From Actinomycetota bacterium (GTDB taxonomy: Bacteria; Actinomycetota; CADDZG01; JAHWKV01), in NCBI GenBank assembly GCA_035759705.1, contig DASTUJ010000193.1, positions 1 through 53,360 on the forward strand: a stretch of 53,360 nt of DNA. Direction: 5' to 3'. Below, piece by piece: positions 43,500-51,979 of this stretch. Each line of letters starts with the position of its first letter. The first letter of the stretch is position 1. The notes under the pieces were generated by a model. That model worked only from the letters and a program-made list of their open reading frames with translations. It searched no databases and had not been told where the DNA came from. A program made the translations under genes and the position numbers.

Positions 43500-44099
43500 C
43501 TACACTCCTAGTTCTCTACGTCCTTGCAGCGCCCGGCCGAGGGTCACCTCGTCGGCGTACTCCAGGTCTCCGCCCACCGGCAGTCCGCTGGCGATACGGG
43601 TCACCTTCACCCCAACCGGCACCAGCAGGCGGGCGAGGTACATCGCGGTCGCCTCACCCTCGACGTTCGGGTTGGTAGCGACAATGACCTCGCGGACGCC
43701 GTCGGAGGATATCCGGGTCAGCAGCTCCTGCAGATGCAGGTCGTCGGGACCGATGCCGTCGATTGGCGATATCGCCCCGCCCAGGACATGGTACCGGCCG
43801 CGGAACTCGCCGGTCTTCTCGATGGAGACGATATCCGGTGCCTCCTCCACAACGCAGACGATCGCGTCGTCCCGGCGGGGGTCCGAGCAGTACTCGCACA
43901 GGTTGCCGGCGGCGAAGTTGAAGCACTTCGGGCAGAAGCGCACGGTGTCCTTCATCACGACGATCGAGCTGGCCAGCTTCTTAGCCGCCGCCGCGTCGAT
44001 CTTCAGCAGGTGGAACGCCAGGCGCTGGGCCGTCTTGCGGCCGATGCCGGGAAGTTTGGCAAGCTCGTCGATGAGGTCCTGGACCGGAGGGGCGAACAT
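43500..44099 (-). CDS. recR: recombination protein RecR
   Basis: [24 protein letters not shown] (HhH), zinc finger CPKCFNF...CEYC, and Toprim VVEEAPD. Confidence 0.95.
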   Translation of the reverse strand: MFAPPVQDLIDELAKLPGIGRKTAQRLAFHLLKIDAAAAKKLASSIVVMKDTVRFCPKCFNFAAGNLCEYCSDPRRDDAIVCVVEEAPDIVSIEKTGEFRGRYHVLGGAISPIDGIGPDDLHLQELLTRISSDGVREVIVATNPNVEGEATAMYLARLLVPVGVKVTRIASGLPVGGDLEYADEVTLGRALQGRRELGV

Positions 44100-44139
44100 G
44101 GGGAAAGTGGGGCCGAAGGCCCCTAAACGCTCGCGGGCA

Positions 44140-44460
44140 CTAGAACGACGGCATCTGCATGCCGGGGATGTTCATCCCGGCGCCGAGGCCACTCATCCGC
44201 TCCTCCGCCAGCTCCTGCTGGATGCGGACTGCGTCGTTGATCGCGGCCAGGACCAGGTCCTCGAGCATGGTGGGGTCGTCGGGGTCGACCGACTCGGGCT
44301 TGATCTTGATCCCGGTGAACTCGCCCTTGCCGGTGACGGTGACGGTGACCATCCCGCCGCCGGAGGTGCCGGTGACCTCGGTCTCGGCCAGCTCCTCCTG
44401 GGCCTTCGCCAGCTCCTGCTGCATCTTGGCGACCTGCTTCATCATCTTGTTCATGTCCAT
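44140..44460 (-). CDS. ybaB: YbaB/EbfC-family nucleoid-associated protein
   Basis: MNKMMKQVAKMQQELAKAQEELA...V.GTSGGGMVTVTVTGKGE, the canonical YbaB sequence. Lies between dnaX and recR. Confidence 0.95.
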   Translation of the reverse strand: MDMNKMMKQVAKMQQELAKAQEELAETEVTGTSGGGMVTVTVTGKGEFTGIKIKPESVDPDDPTMLEDLVLAAINDAVRIQQELAEERMSGLGAGMNIPGMQMPSF

Positions 44461-44475
44461 TGGGCGGTTCCTCTC

Positions 44476-46599
44476 TTAAGGGTCCTCGACAACGACTGTT
44501 CCCTTGAACGCTCTGCGGATCAGCTCGATGGCATCCTCCGGCGGCTCGGTCCCGTCCGAGTCCGACGGCCCTCCCGCATCGTCCGGCGGCGTTCCTGCCG
44601 GGTCCGACGCCGGATTCTGCGCCGCCGGCTCCGCGCCGATCACACAGTTCAGCCTGGGGGTTACCCCCAAAATCTCCTTGAAAGCCTCCAGGAGCGGTCC
44701 GTTCTGGGTCTGGTCCGCAACCTTGTCCCGGTGGAAGCGGGAACGGGGGCCGAACTCCAGCACCAGCTCGCCGTTTCTCCAGGCGACCGGCTCGGCCGGG
44801 AGGAGCACCGCGTGGAACGAGATCTTGCGCCGCTTCACCTTATCCCTGATTAGCGGCCAGGCCCGGACAATTGTCTCGAGGTCCAGCTCACCGGCCGGGA
44901 CCGGAGTCCTCGCGCCCGCGGCGGGGGAAGGGGAGGCGGCGGTTTCGGGGGCCGGGGAGGGGGCGTTATCTGCGACCGGGGCCGGGGAGGCCGGTGGCAG
45001 CGGGGCAGGGGCGGCCGGGCGGGAGGGTGCGGCAGGCGGTTGGGTCTGGACGGCCGGCGGCGGGGGTGCTGCGGCCGAAGGCGGTGAGGTGGCCGGAGCC
45101 GCAGCGTGCCGGGGAGCGGTGGCCGCCGGCTCTGGGTAGGGGGCTTTGGCGGGCGGAGTGGGTGGTTTCGCGGCTGCCGCGGGCCGCGCCGGGGCGTCGT
45201 CCGATCCCCACAACCAGCCTGCCCCGATCTCGGGCGGGGCGTCGGATTCTGCGGCCTCCGGAACCGAAGGTGGGGGGGCCGGGGCGCTCGGCCCTGCGGC
45301 CGGGGCCGCCCCAGGGGGCTCGGGCGCTGCAGGGGGTTTCGCCGCAACCGGGGGACGAACAGCAACCGCGGCCCGCGCCGGCTCGGGGCGAGGGGCCCGG
45401 CCCTCGGGGGGCGCCATCCGGGGCATCGGCATCGACGCGGCACCCATCGGGGCGTCTCCCTGGTTTCGTTCCAGCCTTTCCAGCCGCGCCAGCAGCGATG
45501 CCGGGGTCGCGTGCAGGTCGGGCCGGGTCATCCGTGCCAGGCCGACCTCGAGAGCAAGCCGGCCCTCCACCGCCTGGCGGAGCTGCAGGCCGATCTCGTT
45601 GGTCAGGTCGATCAGGCGGAGCACCTCGGCGCTTCCCAGGTGGTTGGCCTGTTCCTGCAGGCGGGTGAGCCCGTCGTCGGTGACCTCGAGGATCTCCCGG
45701 GCCGCCGGGGCGTGCAGGACCAGGAACAGCGACCGCAGGTGGTCGGTCAGCGCCCGGGAGAACTCCCGGATGTCCACACCAGAGCGGATCAGGCGCTCGG
45801 CAAAGACAAATACTGCGCCGATGTCCCGCTCCGAGATCAGGTCGATGGCTTCGAACAGGACCTCGTCGGGCATCCGGCCGAGCAGTTGGGCCAGGTCCCC
45901 CACCGCTACGGTGTCGCCGGCGAAGGCCCGCAATTGGTCGAGCAGGCTGAGAGCGTCCCGCATCGACCCGCCGGCCCGGCTGCTGATCAACGTCAGGGTC
46001 TCGGGGTCGGCGTTGATGGCCTCCAGCTCGCAGATCTGCGACAGCCGGCCGGCGGTGTCCAGGCTGTTGATCGACCGGAACTCGTAACGCTGACAGCGGT
46101 CGAGGACCGTCTGCAGGACCTTGTGCGGCTCGGTGGTGGCGAATACGAACACCACGTGGCTCGGGGGCTCCTCCAGGACCTTCAGCAGGGCGTTGTTGGC
46201 CGCCGGCGAGAGCATGTGGCACTCGTCGATGATGTACACCTTCCAGCGCCCGGCGTAGGAGGCGTACGCCACCTTCTCCCGCAGGTCCCGGGCGTCGTCA
46301 ACCGAGCCGTGGGACGCAGCGTCGATCTCCACCACGTCGAGCGACGACCCCGAGGTGATCGACAGGCAGGAGGAGCACTCGCCGCACGGCTCGTCGCCGT
46401 CCCGCTCGCAGTTGAGGGCTTTGGCCAGGATGCGGGCCGTGGAGGTCTTGCCGGTCCCCCGGGGGCCGCTGAACAGCAGGGCGTGCGCCAGGCGGTCCTG
46501 CTTGATTGCGGTCTGCAGCGTCTGGGTGACGTGCTGCTGGCCCACGACTTCGCCGAAGTTCTGGGGACGGTACTTCCGATAAAGAGAGAGGTGGGCCAT
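44476..46599 (-). CDS. dnaX: DNA polymerase III subunit gamma/tau
   Basis: YRPQNFGEVVGQ, GPRGTGKTS, zinc module CGECSSC, IIDECHML, and a long Pro/Ala-rich linker before the C-terminal tau domain. Confidence 0.93.
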   Translation of the reverse strand: MAHLSLYRKYRPQNFGEVVGQQHVTQTLQTAIKQDRLAHALLFSGPRGTGKTSTARILAKALNCERDGDEPCGECSSCLSITSGSSLDVVEIDAASHGSVDDARDLREKVAYASYAGRWKVYIIDECHMLSPAANNALLKVLEEPPSHVVFVFATTEPHKVLQTVLDRCQRYEFRSINSLDTAGRLSQICELEAINADPETLTLISSRAGGSMRDALSLLDQLRAFAGDTVAVGDLAQLLGRMPDEVLFEAIDLISERDIGAVFVFAERLIRSGVDIREFSRALTDHLRSLFLVLHAPAAREILEVTDDGLTRLQEQANHLGSAEVLRLIDLTNEIGLQLRQAVEGRLALEVGLARMTRPDLHATPASLLARLERLERNQGDAPMGAASMPMPRMAPPEGRAPRPEPARAAVAVRPPVAAKPPAAPEPPGAAPAAGPSAPAPPPSVPEAAESDAPPEIGAGWLWGSDDAPARPAAAAKPPTPPAKAPYPEPAATAPRHAAAPATSPPSAAAPPPPAVQTQPPAAPSRPAAPAPLPPASPAPVADNAPSPAPETAASPSPAAGARTPVPAGELDLETIVRAWPLIRDKVKRRKISFHAVLLPAEPVAWRNGELVLEFGPRSRFHRDKVADQTQNGPLLEAFKEILGVTPRLNCVIGAEPAAQNPASDPAGTPPDDAGGPSDSDGTEPPEDAIELIRRAFKGTVVVEDP

Positions 46600-46699
46600 T
46601 GGGTAACCCAGGATACCGTGCCCGGGTGACGCGCCTCAGAGGGAATCTGAGGGGAATTAAGTGTCGCGCACCCACCTTCGACTCTAGGCCCCGGGCGTA

Positions 46700-46820
46700 T
46701 CCGCGGCAGCCAGCTCGGGCCAGGTGACCCCGCGGCGCAGTGCCTTGAAGCTTAAGGCTGCTTCGTTCCCGACCTGACCTGGTTCACCCCGGTCACTCGC
46801 GCGGGACCCAGCCGTCAACA
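46700..46820 (-). ncRNA. ffs: signal recognition particle RNA (small bacterial type); ends approximate
   Basis: Minus strand reads GTGAACCAGGTCAGGTCG-GGAA-CGAAGCAGCC (plus coordinates 46756-46787). This is the conserved SRP domain IV with a GGAA tetraloop (compare E. coli 4.5S ACCAGGUCAGGUCCGGAAGGAAGCAGCC). The position upstream of dnaX is common in bacteria. Confidence 0.75.
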
Positions 46821-46995
46821 CCGCTTACCGGGACCGTCCCCGAGAGCTTTCGAGCCTAGGGTGGGAATTCAGCCTCCCATAAGGCGGATTTGGAGTTACA
46901 GGCAACCGCCGACTGCCCACCTAGCGCGACTTAACCAGTCTAACCGTTGGGCCGGCTTGGGGCGGACGGCTGCCGTAAGACTGTGCCGATCCGTA

Positions 46996-47024
46996 TTGAC
47001 AGACGAACCTGCCGGGGACAGAGT
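46996..47024 (+). promoter_or_regulatory. candidate promoter of the AhpD-like gene
   Basis: TTGACA (46996-47001), a 17-nt spacer, then CAGAGT (47019-47024, fits actinobacterial TAnnnT only at A2/T6). Overlapped by the small inverted repeat GGGAC-AGA-GTCCC. Confidence 0.3.
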
Positions 47025-47063
47025 CCCGTGCTAACTCGGTGTTGTCGCCGGAAGGAGATGGCC

Positions 47064-48347
47064 ATGGACCGGCTGCAGGATCGGGATCGCCCGGCTGCGT
47101 CACTGACACCGTTGCTGCACGAGTCGAGGGTCGGCTGGGATGTGCTCAACGATCGCTACGGTGCCTTGCTGCAGCTCGTCGAAACCGTGCTCGGGGTCGT
47201 GCCGAACTGTGATCGCTATATGGAGATCTGGCCGCCGGCGTTTCGGACCTACAACATCATGGCGCCGAACCTCCTCAACCTGCCGGTACCCGTGTTCGGG
47301 CTGGGTGGGCCGCCTCCGGGCGTCGTCGGCCTGGCAATGTATGTGGCGAGCCGCGCAGCCGGCTGCCCGTACTGCTCGGCGCACAGCTGCACGTTCGCGA
47401 TGCGGCGCGGGGCCGCCCCCGACAAGGTTGCGGCGGCGTTGGTCCCGGACCGAGCCTCGTTCACCCGCGGCGAGCTTGCGGCGATCGCGGTGGCTCGGTC
47501 GATGGCGCGCATTCCCTGCGAGCTGACCGAGGGCGAGCGGGAGGAGCTGGTCGACGTCTACGGCGAGCGAAACGCAGAGTGGGTCGGGCTCGCCGCAGTC
47601 ATGATGGGATTCCTCAACAAGTTCATGGACTCGATAGGAGTCGAGCTCGAGCAGGCCGTGGTCAGCGAGGTCTCGTCAACGATGGGGGCCGGCTGGTCAC
47701 CGGGAAAGGCCGGAACTCTGCTCGACCCAGGCGCTGCCGAGCAGCCCGCCCCGGCTGTCGACGGGCTGCGGACGAGGATGCGACTGGTTCGGCTCATGCC
47801 TGCCGCAATCCGGTTCGACCGTCGCTGGCAGCGCGAGACACCCAGCAGGTGGCCGGAGGTCGGCGCCTTCCTGGCCGAGCGGACGGGCCACGACTTCCCG
47901 GTGTTGGAACGGCTGCACTCGCGCCGCGCCCGCCGCGCCATAGCGTCGATGCTCGCTCTGAATCTCGATCCGGCATGCTCCGTCGTGGGGCTCGAGCTCA
48001 AAGTTCGGGTGGGAGCGATCTTCGCCGAGATAGCCGGCGATGAGCGCCTGGCCGGCGACATTGGTGCCCTGGCGGCTCACGCCGGCATCGACGGCGAGAA
48101 GATCGATGAAGCCATCGCGTACGCCCGGGGCGGGGACACGGCCGCGCCCGCCGGCGGCCGCACCGAGTCGGGGGCACTGGCTCTGGCCCGCGCCGCGTCC
48201 TACAGCCCCGCCCGGACCGAACCCTCCACCGTAGAGGCCTGTCGGGAGAGCGGCCTGTCTCCGGCGGCGATCGTCGAGATCATCACCTGGTTGTCCGTGC
48301 TGCAGATGCTGCACCGCCTCACGTGCTACCTGACGGCCGGCGACTGA
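47064..48347 (+). CDS. AhpD-like / carboxymuconolactone decarboxylase-family protein with CxxC motif
   Basis: AAGGAG lies 6 nt before ATG 47064 (ATG 47058 is an alternative). GCPYCSAHSCTFAMRRG, the CxxC-His context of the AhpD-like fold. The size suggests two tandem domains. Confidence 0.7.
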   Translation: MDRLQDRDRPAASLTPLLHESRVGWDVLNDRYGALLQLVETVLGVVPNCDRYMEIWPPAFRTYNIMAPNLLNLPVPVFGLGGPPPGVVGLAMYVASRAAGCPYCSAHSCTFAMRRGAAPDKVAAALVPDRASFTRGELAAIAVARSMARIPCELTEGEREELVDVYGERNAEWVGLAAVMMGFLNKFMDSIGVELEQAVVSEVSSTMGAGWSPGKAGTLLDPGAAEQPAPAVDGLRTRMRLVRLMPAAIRFDRRWQRETPSRWPEVGAFLAERTGHDFPVLERLHSRRARRAIASMLALNLDPACSVVGLELKVRVGAIFAEIAGDERLAGDIGALAAHAGIDGEKIDEAIAYARGGDTAAPAGGRTESGALALARAASYSPARTEPSTVEACRESGLSPAAIVEIITWLSVLQMLHRLTCYLTAGD

Positions 48348-48361
48348 AGAGGCCGATTTTG

Positions 48362-48450
48362 CGGAGGCGGCGAGATTTGAACTCGCGATGGGGTTGCCCC
48401 CAAACCAGCATTCCAAGCTGGCGCCATAGGCCGGTCTAGGCGACGCCTCC
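48362..48450 (-). tRNA. tRNA-Ser (anticodon GGA), long variable arm, CCA not encoded
   Basis: Reverse complement GGAGGCGTCGCCTAGACCGGCCTATGGCGCCAGCTTGGAATGCTGGTTTGGGGGCAACCCCATCGCGAGTTCAAATCTCGCCGCCTCCG. Acceptor GGAGGCG/CGCCTCC, anticodon stem CCAGC/GCTGG with loop TTGGAAT, variable stem GGGG/CCCC, T-arm GCGAG-TTCAAAT-CTCGC. Confidence 0.93.
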
Positions 48451-48487
48451 GCTACCGATTGTAGTGGCTGATCGATCCGGAGGTGTT

Positions 48488-51325
48488 CTACCGCTCCAGC
48501 GCCTGCACAAGCTGGGTGCGGGACGAGATGCCGAGCTTTTGATAGGCATGGGTGAGGTGGTGCTCGACGGTTCGGGTGGTCAGGAAAAGATCCTCGGCGA
48601 TCTGCCGGTTGGTCAGACCCGCCGCCGCCAGGTCGGCCACCCGCCGCTCGCCCGCGGTCAGCGACTCGGCTCCCGACAACGCACGCCGGCGGGGACGGGC
48701 CCCCAGCATTACCAGCTCGGACCGCGCCCGCTGGGCCAAGCCCTCGGCGCCACAGCGGTGACCGAGGTCCAGCGCCCGGCGTAGGACCTCGACTGCCTCG
48801 GACCGCTTCCCGGTCCGGCGGAGGGCGGACCCGAGTTCGGCAAGGGCGGAGGCTTCGGCAAGACGGGCCGTCGACCCTGCGGCAACCTGGGCCGCCTCCC
48901 GAAATAGCTCCAGCGCGGCATCTCCGTCCAGCACCCGCCCCGCCATCGTCAGCGTTAGGCTCAAGATCCGGGCGGAGCCCCAGTTCCGGGCTGTGGCAAT
49001 CTCGCCGGTGATCGTCTCGACCGCGTGGTCCAGGGCGCCCATCTGCATTTGCGCCAGGGCGACCCATGGCCGGTATGGGGTGAGATAGAGGTTGGAAGCG
49101 CCCTTCTCCTGCTCGGTCCTGCTCAGCTCCACCAGCTCGGCCAGGCCCTCCTCGGTTCTTCCCTGGGCAATTCTCAGCCGGCCCCGCGAAGCCCGGAAGA
49201 TCCGTCCCGGCACAGTGTCGGCTACCGGGCCGATCAGGTTCCTCTCCACGAGAAGCTGTTCCGCCTCCTGCAGCCTCTCCGAGAGAATGAGCGACTCGAG
49301 CCACGCCCCGATGGACACGATCGGCATGAAGTCGAGTCCGAAGCTGGACATTGTCTGGGCAGCCTCGGCGGACTCCGACTCCGCTGATTTCAGCTCGCCG
49401 AGGGCCAGCGACAGGTTGGCCTTGAAGCTGAAGGCGAGGGCAAAGGCCGCCGGCGACCCTCGTTCGCGAGCCAGCTTGAGGGCCAGATCCAGATACCTCC
49501 CAACGGTGGAGAACTGGTCGGCACACAGCAACGGGTAGAGCGGCAGGTAGGCAGCCAGGGAGTCGGGCGACTGGTCGACCAGAAGCAGTCCCTCGCCCAG
49601 TGCCGCTTCGGCCATCTGCACCACCTCGGAAGCCGGGGCACCCGAGAGCGCCGATCTGACCGCCAGCTGGGAGAGGATCAGCCGCTCCGCCGGGGTGGAA
49701 CCATCGATCCGGCCGCTCCACTGGTCCAGGCGGGAGTCGGCAAACGGAGTGGACGCCCGACCCTGTCGCATGGCCACGATAAGCTCCGCGTCCAGCTGAA
49801 GAGCGAGGTCCTGGTCGACCTTGAGAAGATCCCGGATGACCGGGACCACGGCCCTCTCGGCCTGGCTCACCGAGCCGGCGTACAGGTGGGCGCGGATCAG
49901 CTCGCGGCTGATCGCTCCGCGCTCGTAGTCGTCGGTGGACCTCTCCAGGGCCTTGGACAGGTGGATCAGCGCCGCCTTGGGGTCGAAGCGCATCTCGGCC
50001 ACCCCGAGGCTGCTCAGCACCTTGGCGTGATCCTCAGGCTCCGGTGGCTCTCTCAGCGCTCTCCCCAGATAGTGCTTTGCGATTTCCGGAGAGCCCCGGC
50101 CGAGCGCCGCTTCCGCCCCACCCAGGAGCAGTCGCACCACCGAGGGGTCCCCCACCGGCTCGGTGTAGAGCAGATGCGCTGCGACCAGCTCGGCCGGCGC
50201 GGATTCAAGCTCCAGCTGATCGGCCACCTGCCGGTGCCCTCGAGCCTGGGCGGAGGGCGTAAGGTCCGAGTAGATCGCCGCCCTCACCAGCGGGTGCACG
50301 AACTCCAGCGGCCGTCCGGACCGGAGGATGTCGGCGGCGGCAAGCTTGTCCGCTGCGACGCCGGCGTCCGCCTCGGAAAGTCCGGCCACGGTCGCTGCCT
50401 GTCGGAGCTCCGCCCGCCCTCCCCACAACGCAAGAGCCTGGGCCAGCTGCATCGAAGGCGGGCCAAGCCGCTCCACCCTCCTCAGCACGGACGGCGCCAC
50501 CGAGGCGGTTCCGATTTGGAGGAGCTGCTGCACCCCGGACTCGTCGGGCGCAACCCGCCTCTCCAGCAGGCCCCGAACGAGCTCGTTCAGCAGCAACGGG
50601 TTGCCCTGGGTCGCCTCGTGACAGGCGGAGCAGAAGCCCGCCTCAGCCGAGGCCGACAGGCGCGATCTTACGAGCTGCCGGGTGCTGGAGTCGCTGAGGG
50701 GCCGGAGCCTGAGGAACCGGGTCCCGGGAGCGGACGAAAGTTCGTTGAGCTGATCGGGCAGCGGCTCCCCACTCCGCACGGTCAGGAGCACAAGAACCGG
50801 GAGGCTTTCCAGCCGATTCGCCAGGTACGCCAGGTACCTCATCGACGCCGGGTCGGCCCACTGGGCGTCATCAACCGTCAGAAGAACCGGTCTACGGCTG
50901 GCCAGGTTGAACGTCAGCCACCAGAGGGCGTGCAGCAGCCTGACGCCACTCGGGTCGAAGGCAGTGGCGCCGATCGACTTTCCGAGCAGCAAAGGGCCGC
51001 TGGCTGAGGCGGAATCCATCAGCAGATCCGCCTGCTCCTTCGGGCCGGCAGCCACGACCGGCGGCTCCAGGAGCTGGCGGACAACCCCCAGCGGGAACGC
51101 CGTCTCCAACTCGGTCCCGCGGGCGCGAAGGACCGTGTAGCCCGCTCGCCGGGCCAGGGTGGCCGCGGCGGCCAGCAGAGCCGACTTCCCGATGCCTGCG
51201 ACCCCTTCGACGACGATCATTCCGCCCGAGCCCCCGGCGATGTCGCTGAGGGCCCCGGCGATCACCTCCAGCTCGTACTCGCGCTCCAGCAGCGCGGGGC
51301 CGGGGCCGGGCTCAGCTTGGCTCAT
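48488..51325 (-). CDS. large ATP-binding LuxR-family (LAL/MalT-like) transcriptional regulator
   Basis: Walker A VEGVAGIGKSALL, Walker B VLLTVDDAQWAD, a long helical repeat region, and the C-terminal LuxR HTH LTAGERRVADLAAAGLTNRQIAEDLFLTTRTVEHHLTHAYQKLGI. ATG 51325 (MSQAEP) is preferred to 51433. Confidence 0.85.
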   Translation of the reverse strand: MSQAEPGPGPALLEREYELEVIAGALSDIAGGSGGMIVVEGVAGIGKSALLAAAATLARRAGYTVLRARGTELETAFPLGVVRQLLEPPVVAAGPKEQADLLMDSASASGPLLLGKSIGATAFDPSGVRLLHALWWLTFNLASRRPVLLTVDDAQWADPASMRYLAYLANRLESLPVLVLLTVRSGEPLPDQLNELSSAPGTRFLRLRPLSDSSTRQLVRSRLSASAEAGFCSACHEATQGNPLLLNELVRGLLERRVAPDESGVQQLLQIGTASVAPSVLRRVERLGPPSMQLAQALALWGGRAELRQAATVAGLSEADAGVAADKLAAADILRSGRPLEFVHPLVRAAIYSDLTPSAQARGHRQVADQLELESAPAELVAAHLLYTEPVGDPSVVRLLLGGAEAALGRGSPEIAKHYLGRALREPPEPEDHAKVLSSLGVAEMRFDPKAALIHLSKALERSTDDYERGAISRELIRAHLYAGSVSQAERAVVPVIRDLLKVDQDLALQLDAELIVAMRQGRASTPFADSRLDQWSGRIDGSTPAERLILSQLAVRSALSGAPASEVVQMAEAALGEGLLLVDQSPDSLAAYLPLYPLLCADQFSTVGRYLDLALKLARERGSPAAFALAFSFKANLSLALGELKSAESESAEAAQTMSSFGLDFMPIVSIGAWLESLILSERLQEAEQLLVERNLIGPVADTVPGRIFRASRGRLRIAQGRTEEGLAELVELSRTEQEKGASNLYLTPYRPWVALAQMQMGALDHAVETITGEIATARNWGSARILSLTLTMAGRVLDGDAALELFREAAQVAAGSTARLAEASALAELGSALRRTGKRSEAVEVLRRALDLGHRCGAEGLAQRARSELVMLGARPRRRALSGAESLTAGERRVADLAAAGLTNRQIAEDLFLTTRTVEHHLTHAYQKLGISSRTQLVQALER

Positions 51326-51452
51326 CAGGCACAGATTGTAGGCCGGGGACAAACTCTGTCGGTCCCTGCGCCCAATTACTTCGGTCCCCGCCCCGATGTG
51401 CCCAGGGGCCGCCGGATGAAAGATCGCAGGCACTCAATCCAGGAAGGACCGG

Positions 51453-51791
51453 ATGAAATCCGCCCGCAGGACCCGCGAAGCAGTCCAGTGCACCGAGGGC
51501 ATCGCACGGGTGCGCTCGGTGGAGGTCGCCGGAGCCGTCATCCAAATTGGGGCCGCACCGCAAGAGCCGGCACACAGTCCGGATTGCCGGCGTCATCCAA
51601 AGACGGCGTGTCAGCACGCACATTTCGGGTACGTCGTGAACGGCACCTGTCGCTTCCTGTCCTCCGAGGGGGCAGTGTCGTTTTCCAAGGGAGAAAAGTT
51701 CCGGGTGGGTCCGGGACACTTCACTCTGCCGGACCCCGGTGCCGAGTGGGTCATGTTCACTTCGACCATCGGTGGAGGAGGTGGGATTTGA
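51453..51791 (+). CDS. small cupin-like hypothetical protein
   Basis: 112 aa. The H...HFGYVVNG.C.F......V.F..GE.F.V..GH pattern is reminiscent of a cupin barrel. Divergent from the LAL regulator. Confidence 0.5.
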   Translation: MKSARRTREAVQCTEGIARVRSVEVAGAVIQIGAAPQEPAHSPDCRRHPKTACQHAHFGYVVNGTCRFLSSEGAVSFSKGEKFRVGPGHFTLPDPGAEWVMFTSTIGGGGGI

Positions 51792-51979
51792 AATTCACCG
51801 AGCTTCTCGGCTCACCCGATTCGAGGCACGCGTAATATCGCCTTTTGCCCAAGCTAGCCATTGCCTGGCGAAGATCCCGGAAGTACCGTTAGGGGTGCCA
51901 AGGCCGAACTTGAGTCATGAAGCCCTGCCCCTGCCGCTCGGGTCCGACCGAAATCGTATGAGGCCGCGAGGAGGTAGGA

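Noticed and set aside
44476-46599. Programmed frameshift or slippage site in dnaX (the gamma versus tau mechanism known from E. coli and Thermus)
   Set aside because: I did not see an A-rich slippery heptamer or homopolymer run in the linker region, so no claim is made.
46634-46652. Hairpin CCTCAGA-GGGAA-TCTGAGG between ffs and dnaX as a terminator
   Set aside because: It has a 7-bp stem but no U-tract on either strand. It may simply be part of the dnaX 5' UTR. Not enough to annotate.
46947-47063. ORF-track start of the AhpD-like gene at 46947
   Set aside because: The extension is Arg/Cys-rich and contains the putative promoter. AAGGAG plus ATG at 47058/47064 is a far better initiation site.
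48362-48450. Long-variable-arm tRNA considered as tRNA-Sec because selA/selB are in the window
   Set aside because: The anticodon loop is TTGGAAT (GGA = Ser), with a 7-bp acceptor and 5-bp T stem. It is an ordinary class II tRNA-Ser.
47697-49721. 674-aa minus-strand ORF
   Set aside because: It runs straight through the tRNA-Ser gene and overlaps both the AhpD-like gene (antisense) and the LAL regulator (out of frame). Shadow ORF.
51326-51433. N-terminal 36-aa extension of the LAL regulator
   Set aside because: It would place the start 20 nt from the divergent cupin ATG and adds non-conserved sequence. MSQAEP at 51325 precedes the Walker A region at the usual distance. This is low confidence either way.
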